A stretch of DNA of 64,000 bases from Chiloscyllium plagiosum (taxonomy: Eukaryota), in contig NC_057718.1 of NCBI RefSeq assembly GCF_004010195.1, positions 8,731,181 to 8,795,180 on the forward strand. The letters run 5' to 3'. The notes below the pieces were generated by a model. It was not told where the DNA came from, made no database searches, and was given only the letters and a program-made list of their open reading frames with translations. Every line of letters begins with the position of its first letter. Position 1 is the stretch's first letter. A program made the translations under genes and the position numbers. Positions 24,730 through 37,899 of the stretch are shown one piece after another.

Positions 24730-25550
24730 TCTTATTTGCTTGGAGATAATTATCAAAGTTTACTCTCAGGTTAATCATTCCCTTTCTTATTCCTGTTTCA
24801 GGTTTGAATCCAAACTGTGTTTCACTGACCTCTGCAGAAATGAAAATGTTATTATTTCTTTCAATTCTGATTTTCAAAACCACTTTAAAATCGATGATTC
24901 TTTCACCTTATCTTCCGGCACTCCAATGATTCAGATTCCTGACAGAACCTAATGAATAAAGAGATCTCAGCTCAATTGGAATTTATCCTTTTGTATATCC
25001 TTGATCACAAATTTCTGCGATCACTTTAAATTCTGCTTCTCCACAGGTATTTCGATATTTTATTGTTCCTTCATCTATGCCTGGACCTTTTCCTGTCCTC
25101 ATCAATTTCAAAGCATTCTTTAAACTCTGATATTGTACGGTTTCATCTATTGACTGTTTCCAATAACTTGAAGCCTCCCTGGATTTGGATCATCATACAA
25201 TTCATTCATATATTCTGTCCACCCTTTTGTTACTCCATTGCTTTCAAACAATATTTTACCATTTTTGCCTTCACTCCACCCATTTATTATTTCTTTCTGT
25301 CTGTCAACAATTTCATCTTCGAAAGCATAACTTTCATTCTGTGATTTATTTCCAGCTCCAGCACTTGATCACACATTTCATTGGACCATCCGTCTTCAAC
25401 CTGCTGACAAGCATTTTGTATTTTCTTGACACATTCCCCGTACTCAGTTCTGTTTCTATTCTTTTCCCCTCAATCATCATTGTTGATATCTCAGTTGTTC
25501 ACACTTCCTTTGTATTCTTTATATTTGGGACCATGCAGAGAACATCAGGC
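24500..25550 (-). mobile_element. Highly decayed RTE-clade LINE ORF fragment
   Basis: Reverse-strand peptides NACQQVEDGWSNEMCDQVLELEINHRMK, ISAEVSETQFGFKPETGIRKGMINLR and IDSEKVFN match RTE QFGFR..GTR..I..LR / IDYEKAFD. Confidence 0.6.
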
Positions 25551-26382
25551 TAAAGAAAATGGCCAGTCCAATGCGTTTCAGACGAAGACAGGTGTATAAC
25601 AGTTTGGGCATACCTGGGCAATTTTCCACCTTAACAGGTAGATGGCAGTGTTGTAAATGGTACCAGAACAGCTTGATTAAGGGAGAGGCAATTTTTGGAG
25701 GACGAGTCTTCAGTAATATTGCTGAAATGTTGTCAGGGCCTACAGCATTTGCAGTTTTTTAAATTAATTGGTGAGATGGGGGCATCCCTGGCAAGGCCAC
25801 ATTTATTGCCCGTCCCTAGTCGCCCCTTGAGAAGGTGGTGGTGAGCTGCCTTCTTGAAGCCTTGCAATCCACCTAACGTGAGTTGATCCACAATGTCATT
25901 AGGGAGGGAATTCCAGGACCCAGCAACACTGAAGCATCGGTGATTTATTTCCAAGTCAGGATGGTGAGTGGCTGGGAGGAGAACTTGCAGATGGGGAAGG
26001 GGGGGGGGGTGGTGTTCTCATGTATCTACTGCCCTTGTCCTTCTTGATGGAAGTGATCGTGGATTTGGAAGGTGCTGCCTGAGGATCTTTGGTGAATTTC
26101 TGCAGCGCATCTTATAGATAGTACACACTGATGCTACTGAGCTTTGGTGGTGGAGGAGGGACAGGATGCCTGTGGATGTGGTGCCCAAAGTGGACTGCTT
26201 TGTCCTGGGTGGTGCATTCGCGTGTTGCTGGAGCTGCACCCATCCAGGTAAGTGGGGAGTATTCCAGCTGACTCCTGACTTGTGCTTGGTACATAGTGGA
26301 CAGGCTTTGGGGAGTCAGGAGATCAGTTACTTGCTGCAGTATTCCCAGCTTATGACCTGCATTCGTAGCCTCTGTGTTCACC

Positions 26383-26732
26383 GGGGAGGCAATGGCTTGA
26401 TGGTATTATTGCTGGACTGCTAATCCAGAGACCCAGGTAATGTTCCGGGGAGCCTGGTTCAAATCCTGCCACAGATGGTGGAATTTGAATTCGATAACTA
26501 ACTATCTTCAATTAAGAGTCTAATGATGACCATGAATCAATTGTCAGAAAAAACCATCTGGGGTTCACTAGTGCCCTTTAGGGAAGGAAACTGCCATCCT
26601 TACCTGGTCTAACCTACATGTGACTCCAGACCCACAGCAATGGGGTAAACTCCTAAACCCCTTCTGGTCAATTAGAGCTGGGCAATAAATGCTAGCCTAG
26701 CCTGTGATGCCCTCACTCTGTTAATGAATAAA
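26383..26732 (+). mobile_element. tRNA-derived SINE type B, near full length
   Basis: A-box-like tggcttgatgg, B-box ggttcaaatcc, core and tail. Confidence 0.85.
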
Positions 26733-28228
26733 CGTGGTGAATTCAGTTGAGTGTCTGATCAATGCTAATGCCCAGGATGTTGATAGAGGGGTATTCAGTG
26801 ATCATAACATCATTAAATGTCAAGGAGCGGTGGGTGGATTGTCTCTTATCAGAGATAGTCATAGCCTGGCATTTGTGTGGTGGGAATATAACTTGCCACT
26901 TGGCAGCCCAGGCCTGGATATTGTCCAGATCTTATTGCATTTGAACATGGATCACTTCATTACCTGAGGAGCTGCAAATGGTGCTGCACCATTGTACAAT
27001 CAGGGAACCTCCCCACTTCTGTCCTTACGATGGAGAGAAAGTCATTGATGAAGCAGGTGAAACTGGTTGGAGCTGAGGACACTACCCTAAGGAAGTCCTG
27101 CAGAGATGTCCTGGAACTGAGATGACTGACCTTCAACAACCACAATCAACTTCCTGTGTGCCAGGTCTGACTCCAAATCCCCACCGGAGCGTTTGCCCTC
27201 TGATACTCATTGTTTCCAGTTTTGCAATGGGGAAGCAATTGGCTGGGTGGATTTGTCCTGCTTTTTATGTACAGGACAGCCCTGGGCAATTTTCCAAATT
27301 GTGGAGTAGATGCCAGCATTATAACTGTACTGAGAGCTTGGCTAGGGGAGCGGCAAGTTCTGGAGCACAAACCTACAGTCGCATTACCAGGATGTTGTCA
27401 GGGCCTGTAGCCTTAGCAGTATCCAGTGCCTCCAACCATTTATTGATATCACGCGGAGTGAATCGAATTGGCTGAAGACTGGTATCTGTGATACAGGGGA
27501 CCACTGGAGGATGCTGAGATGGGTCAACCACTCAGCATGTCTGGCTGAAGATTACTGTGAGAGCTTCAGCCTTATCTTTTGCACTGATGTGTTGGGCTCT
27601 TCCATTATTAAGGATGGAGATATTTGTGGAGCCTCCTCTTCGAAGGAGGAGTTGTTTAATTCTCCATCACCATTCACGACTGGATGTGGCAGGACTGCAG
27701 AACTGTCTGCAGTATGTTGGTTGTGGGATCACTTAACTCTGTCTATCACTTGTTGCTTATGGTGTTTGGCATGCAGGTAGTCCTGTTTGGTAGTTTCACC
27801 AGGTTGACACCTCATCTTCAGGTTTGCCTGATGCTGCTGCTGGCATGCCCTCCTGCACTCTCCATTGAACCAGGGTTATTCCCTGGCGTGATGGTAATGG
27901 TTAAATGGGGAATATGCTGCACCATAAGGTTACAGGTTGTGCTAGAGTACAGTTTTGCTGCTGTTGATGGCCCACAGTGTCTCATGGATGCCCGGTCTTG
28001 AGTTGCTAGCACTGTTTGTAGTCTATCCATTTAGCACAGTGATAATGCCACACAATATATAGTGAAGGATGTTCTCATTGTGAAGGCAGGATTTTGTCTC
28101 CATGAGGACTGTGCAGAGGTCATTCATACTGATACTATCATGGTCAGATGCATCTGCAGCTAGCAGATTGGTAAGAATGAGGTCAGGTATGTTTTTCCAC
28201 TCGTGTTGGTTCCATCACCACCTGCTGC

Positions 28229-29278
28229 TGTTACGACACAGTGGTGAACCCCTCTGTTAATTAAACCAGACACCCAGAAAAGCTCACCTCGCTTCATAAT
28301 CGGTTGTTAAAACCGAGAACTTCCAAATTCCACTAAAGAAAATAATATCAATTTATTCCTTAACTCTAAAAGTGAACATTAAATTACTTACAGTGTGGAA
28401 ACAGGCCCTCCAGCCCAACAAGTCCACACCAACCCTCTGAAGAGCAACGCACCCAGACCCATTCCCTTACATTTACCCCTTCACCTAACACTACGGGCAA
28501 TTTAGCATGGCCAATTCACCTAACCTGCACATTTTTGGACTGTGGGAGAAAACCCAGACAGACACTGGGAGAATGTGCAAACTCCACACAGACAGCTGCC
28601 TGAGGCAGGAATTGAACCCGGGTCTCTAGCGCTGTGAGGCAGCAGTGCTAACCACTGTGCTACCGTACCATAGTTAAACAACACCTATTCACAACTCTAA
28701 GTCCTCTTTTCTCTTAACTGCTTATTATCTACCTACAAATCTATAACAATATGCTGTTCCAATAAAACTCTTATTAAAATTACATCAACTTAATTTCAAA
28801 TCCATACAGTAGCTGTCACCATCGGTATCTGTTTTTAACTGAACATCTCCATGGGTTGTCTTCTTCCTTCTAGTGCAAATATATTTTATATGAAAAGGTA
28901 CCTTTGTTAGAGAATGTTTTTGAATGGCAGTCTTTCTTGATGGCAGTTATTCTGTCTGACTTTCAAAATGCCTGTTCGATTTTATACCCCCAGCATTGCA
29001 TCATGTCATTGTTTCGATGTTGGCAAAACCATAAATTCAAACTCGATTGGATTTTAGTATCCTGGGGCATAGTTTAAACTGATTGTTTAAATTTGAATTG
29101 TTATCAAAACAGCAACCAACTCTGGTATCTATTTCACAGCCAAGTGTTACAGGTTTTCAATTATTCAGTACACTCTGAGACTGCTAGCTAATCATAAGAC
29201 AGGTGCTTATAAACGCTCAGTGCAAAACAGCATTTATTCTCTCTTAAAGGTATAGTACACGCCTTCAACTTCATAACA
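28229..29278. mobile_element. Solo LTR (Gypsy-like) containing an HE1 SINE
   Basis: Ends TGTTACGA..TCATAACA (short inverted termini); 4-bp TSD ctgc (28225-28228 / 29279-29282); host LINE continues on both sides. Confidence 0.8.
28382..28669 (-). mobile_element. HE1-type SINE
   Basis: Head, core and tail as in other copies. Confidence 0.9.
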
Positions 29279-30985
29279 CTGCAGACCCAGTGTAGCAGCT
29301 GTGTCCTTTAGGACCCGACCAGCTCAATCAGTAGTACTGCTGCCAAGCCACCCTTAGTGGTTGACATTGAAATTCCCCACCTAGAGTACATTTTGTGCCC
29401 TTGCCAATCCTCAGTGCATCCTCCAAGTATTGTTCAACATGGAGTAGTATCAATTCATCAGCTGAGGGAGGATGGTATGTGAGAATCAACAGGAAATTTC
29501 CTTGCCCATGTTAAACCTGAAGCCACGAGACTCATGGGTCCAGAGTCAGTGCTGAGGACTTGCAGGGGAACTCTCTACCAACTGTATCCCACTGTGCCAC
29601 CACCTCTGTTGGGTCTGTCCTGCTGGTGGGAGAGGACAATATCCAGGGATGGTGATGATGGAGTCTGGGACATAGTCATACTTACAGAATCATCCGTTAC
29701 AGACAATGTCAGGCTGCTGTTTGACTAGTCTGTGAGGCAGCTCTGTCAGTGTTGGCACCAGCCCCCAGGTGTTAGTGAGGAGGATTGTGCAGGGTCGACA
29801 TGACCATTTCTGCCTTTGAAAGCTCTGGGCTTTCTATTGGAGAGAGAATAGTAGAGTCATGTCGATTCCTCTACTGTGCAGCTTTATCTGAAAGATGATA
29901 TAAGAGACCTGGAAAGATTGGAGAGACAAGAATCACTCTCATTGGATCAAAGAAGACCAAGAGGAAATTCAGTCAAGATTATAAATGATTTCTCAGATTT
30001 ATAAGAAAAGATTATTTTCTTGAGATGCGGGACCATCATTTGATATTGAAAAAGAAACTTTCCCATCGAGTTGGGGCCATCCAGATTTGAGCCAAGAAGC
30101 ATTGTGGGCCAGAAATTGGGTTCATGGACTGTTGATTTTCAAGAATAATAGAAAATCCTCAAAATAGTTAGCAAGAATTTAAATGCTGCTGAGCAGACTT
30201 GTATAATTCACTATTGTGAATTGGGCCAGACAAGCAACATCTTAGAAACACACCTAAAGCAGACATTATTCCAGTTAAAAGGAGGAACAGAAGAGGGTGA
30301 AATACTTCCACCTTAAGGCAACCAAGCATGGGGTACTCTTGGACATCTGGCTCCATTTTCCCAAGGAAATTGCAAACTGTGGTCGAACACCTCACAGGAT
30401 CCATCAAATAGCAAGTGCAGTCAAGACAGATCACAGTAATTTCTCAACAATCCCTCAGAAATTTGTGACTTTTGAAACTTTGTCTACAAGGGTTTAAAAT
30501 GTCCAGTTTTGGAACTCCATCAAAAGCATGGACTGACTCCAATGAAAAGATCAACTCCTGGCAGATCACATTAACTGAGGAAAACCTGACTGCAGAGAGA
30601 TGTCGAGGCTGGGCCATGAAGAGTATTCAAGGTTTGGAGAGACGCATTTTTAATCAGGAAGGGAATCAAGGGGGAAAAGGCAGGAAAGAGACGTTCAGAA
30701 TGATCAGGTCAGTCATGATCTCATTGAACAGCCAAGCAGATCCTGTGGGCTGAATGGCCTACCTCTGCTCCTCCATCTGCATGTCTTATATGACGTGTTC
30801 TGATTCTTCCAGGAAAAGCTTCTGTTATGGACCAGGCCAGACCCACTTTCATTATTTTAAGAAGATAGCGCAGAAGATAGCATTTTCTTATTTTAAAGGG
30901 AGATGTGATGTGGGTGTTCCAGGTGTGATGCAGCTGGTCAAACCACTCGGCTTTAAGCAAAACAGAATTTATTTAAAACGCTACA

Positions 30986-32170
30986 CAGGGGAACCTCGAT
31001 TATCCGAATATCAATTATCTGAATTTTGGATTATCTGAAGAAGATCAAGATCCTGATAGAAACATTACATCAAAGAGGTGTTTCCAACACTGATTGCATC
31101 TTTTGTTTACAGCGATTAAGAATGATCTCGGCTTACTGAAATGCTGCCGAGAACAATCCTGGATCTCGATGGGACCCCAGGCACTGTATCCAAATGACTG
31201 ACCTCCTGCCCTCTCTCTCTCCCCCCCCCCTCACTTTCCCTGGAGTTCTAAACAGGGGTGTACCCTAAACCCCCCTTCCCCAGATAATCTCTCCAACATT
31301 GTCCAGTATAAGGCAGAGGTGGAACCTGTCAAAATGTTGCAGTAAAAAGTTCTGTCTGTTTGTGCATATGTGTGTGTGTGTCTGCATCTGCATGCATGTC
31401 TGGGCTGCGTGTGTGTTTGGCTGGTGTGTGTGTGTGTATGTCTGTGCGTGTGTGTAGCTGTGTCTGTGTGCGTACGTATGTGTGTGTGGCTACATGTGTG
31501 TTGCTGTGTGCGGCTGTGCGTGTGTCTGTGTGTGCCTATCTGCGTGTGTGTGTCTGTGTGTGCGCCTGTGCGCCTGCATGCATGCGTGCGTGTGCCTGTG
31601 CCTGTGTGGGCCTTTGTGCATGCGTGTTCATATGTGTGTGTGTCTGTGTGCGTGGGTGTGCATCTGCGTGTGTATGTGTGTCTGCATGTGTATGTGCGTC
31701 TGCATGTGTATGTGTGTCTGCATGTGTATGTGCGTCTGCATGTGTATGTGCGTCTGCATGTGTATGTGCATGTGTGCTATTTTGAGACACACCCTACAAA
31801 GGCAGTATCAGTCTTGCTGTTGATGTCCAGTCTGGCTGCCTCAAAGAGGGGCATTGGGGGGGGGCACGGGCAGGCTTCTCGCTCCTGAACAGGGAAGGGA
31901 CTTAGCAAGTGCTGGCTGTGTCAATCCCATTGCACTGATTGGGGGCGGGGTGCGGGAGGCTTGATCAATGCTGTAGGTCCCTTACACACAAGTGTGTGTC
32001 TACTCAGAAACAAACCCTGAGAAAGAGAGAGGGAGCAAGAAAGGCAGAGCGATAAAAAGGAAACTGCAGAAAATTCTGAGCCCTAGAGGAGAGAGTCAGT
32101 TAACTGAATAATCAATTATCCGAACAAAATTGTGCCCGCCCATCACGTTCAGATAATTAAGGTTCCTCTG
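30986..32170. mobile_element. pogo/Tigger-type non-autonomous DNA transposon
   Basis: TIRs caggggaacctcgattatccgaa / ttcagataattaaggttcctctg|TA; related copies at 56636 and 62481. Confidence 0.8.
31355..31776. repeat. (TG)n-derived complex microsatellite with 18-bp higher-order unit tctgcatgtgtatgtgYg
   Basis: Direct inspection. Confidence 0.95.
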
Positions 32171-33344
32171 TAGTTGAAACGTGAACAAAAGAAAACGGAA
32201 TTTAGAATAACTTAATTACTGGAAAACTTAATCAACCCAATGCAGTAACCATTACTAATTAATTGTTCCAACCCAGTAACATCCCATAAACACACCCCTT
32301 GGCAAAAAGGTAAATCCAAATACAGACTCTTACAGGCAGGAGGGAACAACGTCCAAAAAGAGATTTCAGAAGAAAATCAGAAGAATTCTTTACTGAAGAT
32401 TGCATCTTTCATGGACTCACACATCTTGTGTCTGCTACAGTTAAAGAAACTAGGTATACCTGAACTGGGAGAACTGGCCACTCCCCATCCATTGTTAAAC
32501 TAGACTCTTCGGCACCTCTGCATTTCTGACCTCCCTTCAAAAAAGCCAAGGACAAAATAAAGTGACAACATCGTCACACCTCAGAAAAATCAGGCAGTTG
32601 AGTGACCACCAAATGTCCCCCCTCTTTCTTGAATCAAGACCCCCGAGGTGGAACTCCTGCCCATATTGAGAACCTTTGGCCAATCACAGGCTGACATTTC
32701 TTGCACTGACCAGGACTACAGAGCAGGCCAATGAAATAGCATTCCTAGGATCCCAGATACACAAAGGACCCAAGTTAAAGGTAAGTGATTTATGGTAGAT
32801 GTTGGGTGATCTCCCTTTGGGTTTGGATTATGGAGATAGGAGAGCATGTGGGACAGGGTGGTGAATGATAGAAGGATCGTGTGCAAGGGTGAGTGGGGGG
32901 GGGGGGGGGGCAAATAACACCCAACGGGCAATCCTTCACCACCTCAAGCTACATGCAGCCCACAATCTGATGACCCCTCACCCCCGTCACATGTAGTATG
33001 GATGCTGTTGTGCCCATCTCATAGCAGCAGCCTGGTCTGTAGCTGGGTCAATCCCGTTGGTGATGAGTTGGGGCTGTTGAGTGACCATTGGTTGGCCTAT
33101 CCATGCCCTCTATTGGGAGTGGGTTGGGGAGAGGGAAAGGGTGAATGCTTCCTGCCCAGATCTTTACTCCAGCAAAGGGAGATTGCGAGGAAGTTATTGT
33201 AACCTACATAAATGACTATCCTGCTCCATGCTCAACACCCCGGGGCGCCAACGATTCCACCCTGTGTTTCCATGGTGTGTTTACCGCAAAAAACCTCTCT
33301 CAACTACACCTCGTTTTGGGTTCCCTTTGACCTGGCATGCCTGC

Positions 33345-33925
33345 ATCGACACACAATGCCTGTCTAAACTAAAACCTTTTACCTCTGTGTAGTCTGTATC
33401 CCTTCATTCCCTGCATTTCATGGGTCTGACAAGATGAATCTTAAACACTGTTATTAAAGTTAAAAGTGGGTAGGTTTAAAGGAGATGTGAGAGGCAGGTT
33501 TGTTTTTAAACACAGATGGTGGTAGGTGCCTGGAACGTGTTCTATCTTCAGCACCCCCTCTGACAGCACGTTCTCGACACTTCCCACCTCTAAAAAAAAG
33601 TTGCCTCTCATCTCTGTTAAACATTCCCCCCTTTAACTTAAACCTATTTTCCCCTAGTAAGTGACATTTCTAACCTGGGAAAAAGACTCTGACTATCCAT
33701 CCTGTCCATGCCTCATAATTTTGTAAACTTCTATCAGGTCACCCCTCAGCCCCCGATGTTCAAGTGAAAACGAACCAAGTTTATCCAATCTCTTTTCATA
33801 GCTACTGCCCTCCAAACCAGGCAATGTGCTGGTAAATCTTCTTTGTATCATCTCTGAAGCCTCCATATCCTTCCGGTAGTGTGGGAACCAGAACTGTACA
33901 CACTATTCCAAATGCAGCCTATCTT
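33345..33925 (-). mobile_element. CR1 3' fragment with an inverted ~85-bp CR1 piece at 33455-33541
   Basis: ccagaactgtacacactattccaaatgcagcct (reverse RLHLEYCVQFW-like); ggtcacccctcagcc. Confidence 0.75.
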
Positions 33926-34589
33926 ATAGTTATACTCCCAAACATTTTCCCACAGTGACCCCATCTTGGGCTTTGAAAGTTGTCGCAAGCCCTTGCTGAG
34001 CGGTTGGTGGATGGGAATGATCTCGGGGAGAATGGAGGAGTGGATTGATCATTGTAGCCTCAGAGCTCCCAAATGCAAGATCTCAGCTCATGACCCCGTT
34101 CTGGAAGGTAACAGTTGTGAAGGAGGTAATGTTCATGCTGCATTTAGGTCCACCCAACTGGATAACCTCCCACAGTCTTTGGGTGAAGATTATGTTCTAC
34201 ACAAGTATCTGAAGGCAGCAGATGTGATCAGTACAGCTACCAACAGCCTTGAGTGATTACACCTAGCAAGCTGACACAAACTGTGCTTATTGCTATCATG
34301 AAGAAAGCTAGCCATTAGACAAGACAAGTACATCATAATGTCTAGATTCCTGAGTGGTCTATCTGCTCCCATTGATAATTCGCCAGGCCCTAGACTATGC
34401 AAATAGAACAAAGCATTGTGACAGCAAACATTCCAAACCAAAATACCTGAGAATACACCAGACCCCATCTCCAATCAGAAGCGAGTCTCACAAGATATCA
34501 GATGGAATTTAACAAGAGTGAAATAAATAAAAACAATTTTGAGACTGAGCCAGGAGATAAGAGGGTCGATGACTCAAAGTTTGATTGAA

Positions 34590-35105
34590 GTTGGAATACT
34601 GCATGCAATTCTGGTCTCCCTGCGATAGGAAAGATGTGAAACTTTAAAGGGTTCTGAAAAGGTTTACAAGGATGTTGCCAGGGTTGGAGAGTCTGAGCTA
34701 TAAGGAGAGGTTGAATAGGCTGGGATTGTTTTCCCTGGAACGTTGGAGGCTGAGGCGTGACCTTATAGAGGTTTATCGAATCATGAGGGGCATGGAGAGA
34801 GTAAATAGACAAGGTCTTTTCTCTGGTGTGGGGGAGTCCAGAACTAGAGGGCATAGGTTTAAGAGGAGAGGGGAAAGATTTGAAAGGGATCCAAGGTGCA
34901 ATGTTTTTGCACAGTGGGTGGTGTGTGCGTGGAATGAGCTGCCAGAGGAAGTGGCAGAGGCTGGTACAATGACAACACTGCAAAGACTCCTGGAAGGGTT
35001 TAGAGGCTTAATGCTGGCAAGTGGGACTAGATTAGTTTGGGATATCTGGTCAGCATGGACGAGTTGTACCATAGGGTCTGTTTCCGTGCTGTACAGCTGT
35101 ATGAT
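34590..35105 (+). mobile_element. CR1 (HER1-type) 3' fragment
   Basis: MLPGLESLSYKERLNRLGLFSLERWRLRRDLIEVYRIMRG...WNELPEEV. Confidence 0.92.
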
Positions 35106-35555
35106 ACTACGACTTATGGCTGGCTTCAAGGAACATCTTAAAAAGGTGACTGAATCATAGAAATATGGAGAGATTTAAGGATCGATTTCCAGAACTTTGG
35201 CCAAGATATGAATGGGGGTGTAAGAGAAATTGGTGATGTACATTAGGTTAGAATTAGTGAAGTGCAGAGGGCCCAACAGCCCCTGAGGAGGGGAGGGGTC
35301 TGCAAGAGTCAACAGAGAGAGGAAAGGATGAGATCACAGAGGGATTTCAAAGCTAGGGCTTTGTTCTCTGGTTATCGGGTGGAGCAAGTCCAGTAGCAGA
35401 CGGGTGATTGAGATTTGGAGTTCATTAAGAAAGGAGCGGCAGAACTTCAGGTGAGAACAACTTAGAGACATAGAAACAGGAGTAGGCCATTCAGTCCCTT
35501 GAGTCTGTTCCGCCTTTCAAAGAATTTGTCGCTGATCTGTGGCCTTACTCCATAT

Positions 35556-36079
35556 TATACACCACACACACACACAAGTTTGTGGGGCGAATTTGTACTT
35601 GCAGAATTACATTTTACTTTGCTCAAAAACTGCATGAATCCATGTAAGATACTATAAATCCGTTTTTTAGATTCGAATCAGTCTGCCTATTGTGGCATAG
35701 ACAGCCTCACAGGGAAGCTAACACCTTCAATACATTATCTGGACCGATATGACACCAATTGTTAAAGTTCACTTGAGAGTGCAACTTTTAAAAAAGGTTT
35801 TGCGATTTACGTATGAATGAACTGAAACCAACATGGTCATTCTAAAAGATGAAAGACTTAACAAACAATCCAGGTCTTTTTTAATGTATAATTTCAGTTA
35901 CATCACACGAAACTTTTGTTATAAATTCTGAGTCTTACAATCTTATTCTCCACAGCCATCTGATGAAGGAGCAGTGCTCCAAAAGCTAGTGTGCTTCCAA
36001 TTAAACCTGTTGGAGTATAACCTGTCGTTGTGTGATTTTTAACTTTGTACATCCCAGTCGAACACTGGCATCTCCAAAT
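35556..36079 (+). mobile_element. Penelope-like element (family 2) 3' non-coding part, inserted in a CR1 3' end
   Basis: ctgatgaaggagcagtgctccaaaagctagtg core; terminal gatttttaactttg shared with 22143/43236; 11-bp TSD ccttactccat (35543-35553 / 36080-36090). Confidence 0.8.
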
Positions 36080-36289
36080 CCTTACTCCATTTCCTGCTTT
36101 TGGCCATATCCCTAAATACCTCTGCTTAACAAAACAGACTCAGTTGGGAGAAACTTGAGAACAATGCAGGATCAGGCTTACTGAGAATGGAGAGCTTTGT
36201 TGGGTCAGAACACCAAGGCATACAGACCAAAGGGGAATAAACACTGTTGCTCATCCTCCCCCCTCCAAATATTCTATGCCGTACTCAGA

Positions 36290-36585
36290 GCCATCCTTGC
36301 AGGAGGAAACACCATTCCAGAGTCTCGCTCACAGCCACAAATGTCTACCTGTGCGCCTCACTATAGTGTCCCCTATCAGTACTGCTCCCCTAAACTTTGA
36401 CCCTCACTGCCCTACAACAGTGCAGGTCATTCTCCCCACAGCTATATCCAAAGCAGTAAACCTGTCAGAGAGGGGAATAGTCACAGGACACTCCTATACT
36501 ACCTGCCTACCTCTCCCAGCAGTCACCCATCTATCTGGCTGTACCTTTGGTGTGACCACACCCCTGAAACCCCTATCTATAAAAT
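36290..36585 (-). mobile_element. CR1 ORF1 fragment
   Basis: Similar to 770-1070 (ggaggaaacaccattc..gtcccctatca; acccatctatctg); QPDRWVTAGRGRQVV. Confidence 0.65.
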
Positions 36586-36856
36586 GCTTTATCTCCCAGT
36601 TAATTTCTGTGGGAATGCTGGGAAACAGGGCAAACAATTGTCTTGTGTTTTTTTTTCTGCTGTCTTTTCTGATCACCCTCCATAGCTACAATGAGACAGG
36701 GCAGAAAATTTGAATCAGTGTTTCTCTTCTGTTAGTCTTTTTTGCTTGATCAATGTAATTCTAGTGCTAATATTGTTAAGTAAGGTTTGCACTGTGAATT
36801 CACTACAGACATGCACACAATACAGTCCAAGTGCAAATGCACCAATTAAAGCCATA

Positions 36857-37108
36857 AGGGTGGCAAGATGGGTCAGTGGTTACCTCACAGCACCAGGGAC
36901 CCGGGTTTGATTCCAGCCTCGGACGACTGTCTATGTGGAGACAGTCTCCCCATGTCTGTTTCCTCCCACAATCCAAAGATGTGCAGGTTAGGTTATTAGT
37001 TAGGGTTAAATATAGGGTAGCAGAATGGATTTGGGTGAGTTACTCTTTGGAGGGTTGGTGTGGACTTGTTGGGCCGAAGGGCCTGTTTCCACAGTGTCAG
37101 GATTCTAA
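36857..37108 (+). mobile_element. HE1-type SINE (internally deleted)
   Basis: B-box gggtttgattcc; tail gggccgaagggcctgtttcc. Confidence 0.85.
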
Positions 37109-37339
37109 TGCTTAACCTGTGTTTATGTTATTCTGTGGATAATCCATTATTCCTTTACTTCATTCACCCTGGAAAATGCAAGGTCACAGTAGTTATTTTC
37201 AGATTGTAATTGGTGTAATTAGTATTTAAAAGCAAGAGCCAGGTAGCAATGTCTCCACAGACAGAGGCTGTGGAGAGAGTTTTGATGTGACTGAGATCTT
37301 TTAAAACTATCCAACCTGGAGAGATGCCTATCATCCCTA

Positions 37340-37770
37340 AAAACAACAGAAATTGCTAGAGAGACTCAGCAGGTCTGACAGCAGCTGTGAAGAGAAAGCA
37401 GAGTTAATCTTTTGAGTTCAGCAACCCTTCTTCAGAACTGATAGTTGCTCGGAAAAGGTGGTATACATGCTGAAAACAGGGGGGTGTTTGGGGGTGAAGG
37501 GAGACAGGATAGATGGAGATGACACCCATCTGCAGTAGGCTAGGCTTCCTGCATTCGATAATCACCAACTCCAACTATCTGCTCTCTCTTGACCCCCTGT
37601 TATCAGCATCACCTTTTCCTACCCGCTATCAGTTCCGAAGGAAAGTCATTGAAATTGAAATGTTAACTCTGCTTTCTCTCCACAGATCCTGCCACACCTG
37701 CTGAAATTCTCCAGCAATTCCTGTTTTGGTTTTAGATTTCCAGCATCCACAGTTCTTTGTTTTATTTTAG
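37340..37770. mobile_element. Fold-back Penelope-like element (family 3)
   Basis: Inverted arms (agaaagcagagttaa / ttaactctgctttctc). Confidence 0.75.
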
Positions 37771-37899
37771 TTCCATCATCCTGGTTTATTAGCCCAGGTT
37801 TCTGATGTAACCAGTCCAGAAACACAGTGACTTACATTATAGCTTCCAACCATATCCGCTACTTAAGAACAGCACTGGACGACGCTACTTATAGACACA

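Larger units (their letters stand above)
25760..29810 (-). mobile_element. Old L2/Crack-like (CR1 superfamily) LINE, most of ORF2, interrupted by a SINE and a solo LTR
   Basis: KLGILQQVTDLLTPQSLSTMYQAQVRSQLEYSPLTW; WNSLPNDIV; degenerate PQGSVL region near 27080; 3' tail gggcaataaatg. Confidence 0.8.
30823..32578. mobile_element. Solo LTR containing a DNA transposon
   Basis: TGTTATG..CGTCACA termini; flanks cttc/cctc (4-bp TSD, 1 mismatch). Confidence 0.55.

Noticed and set aside
31360..31888. Cys/Val-rich ORFs resembling metallothionein or keratin-associated proteins
   Set aside because: (TG)n microsatellite translation
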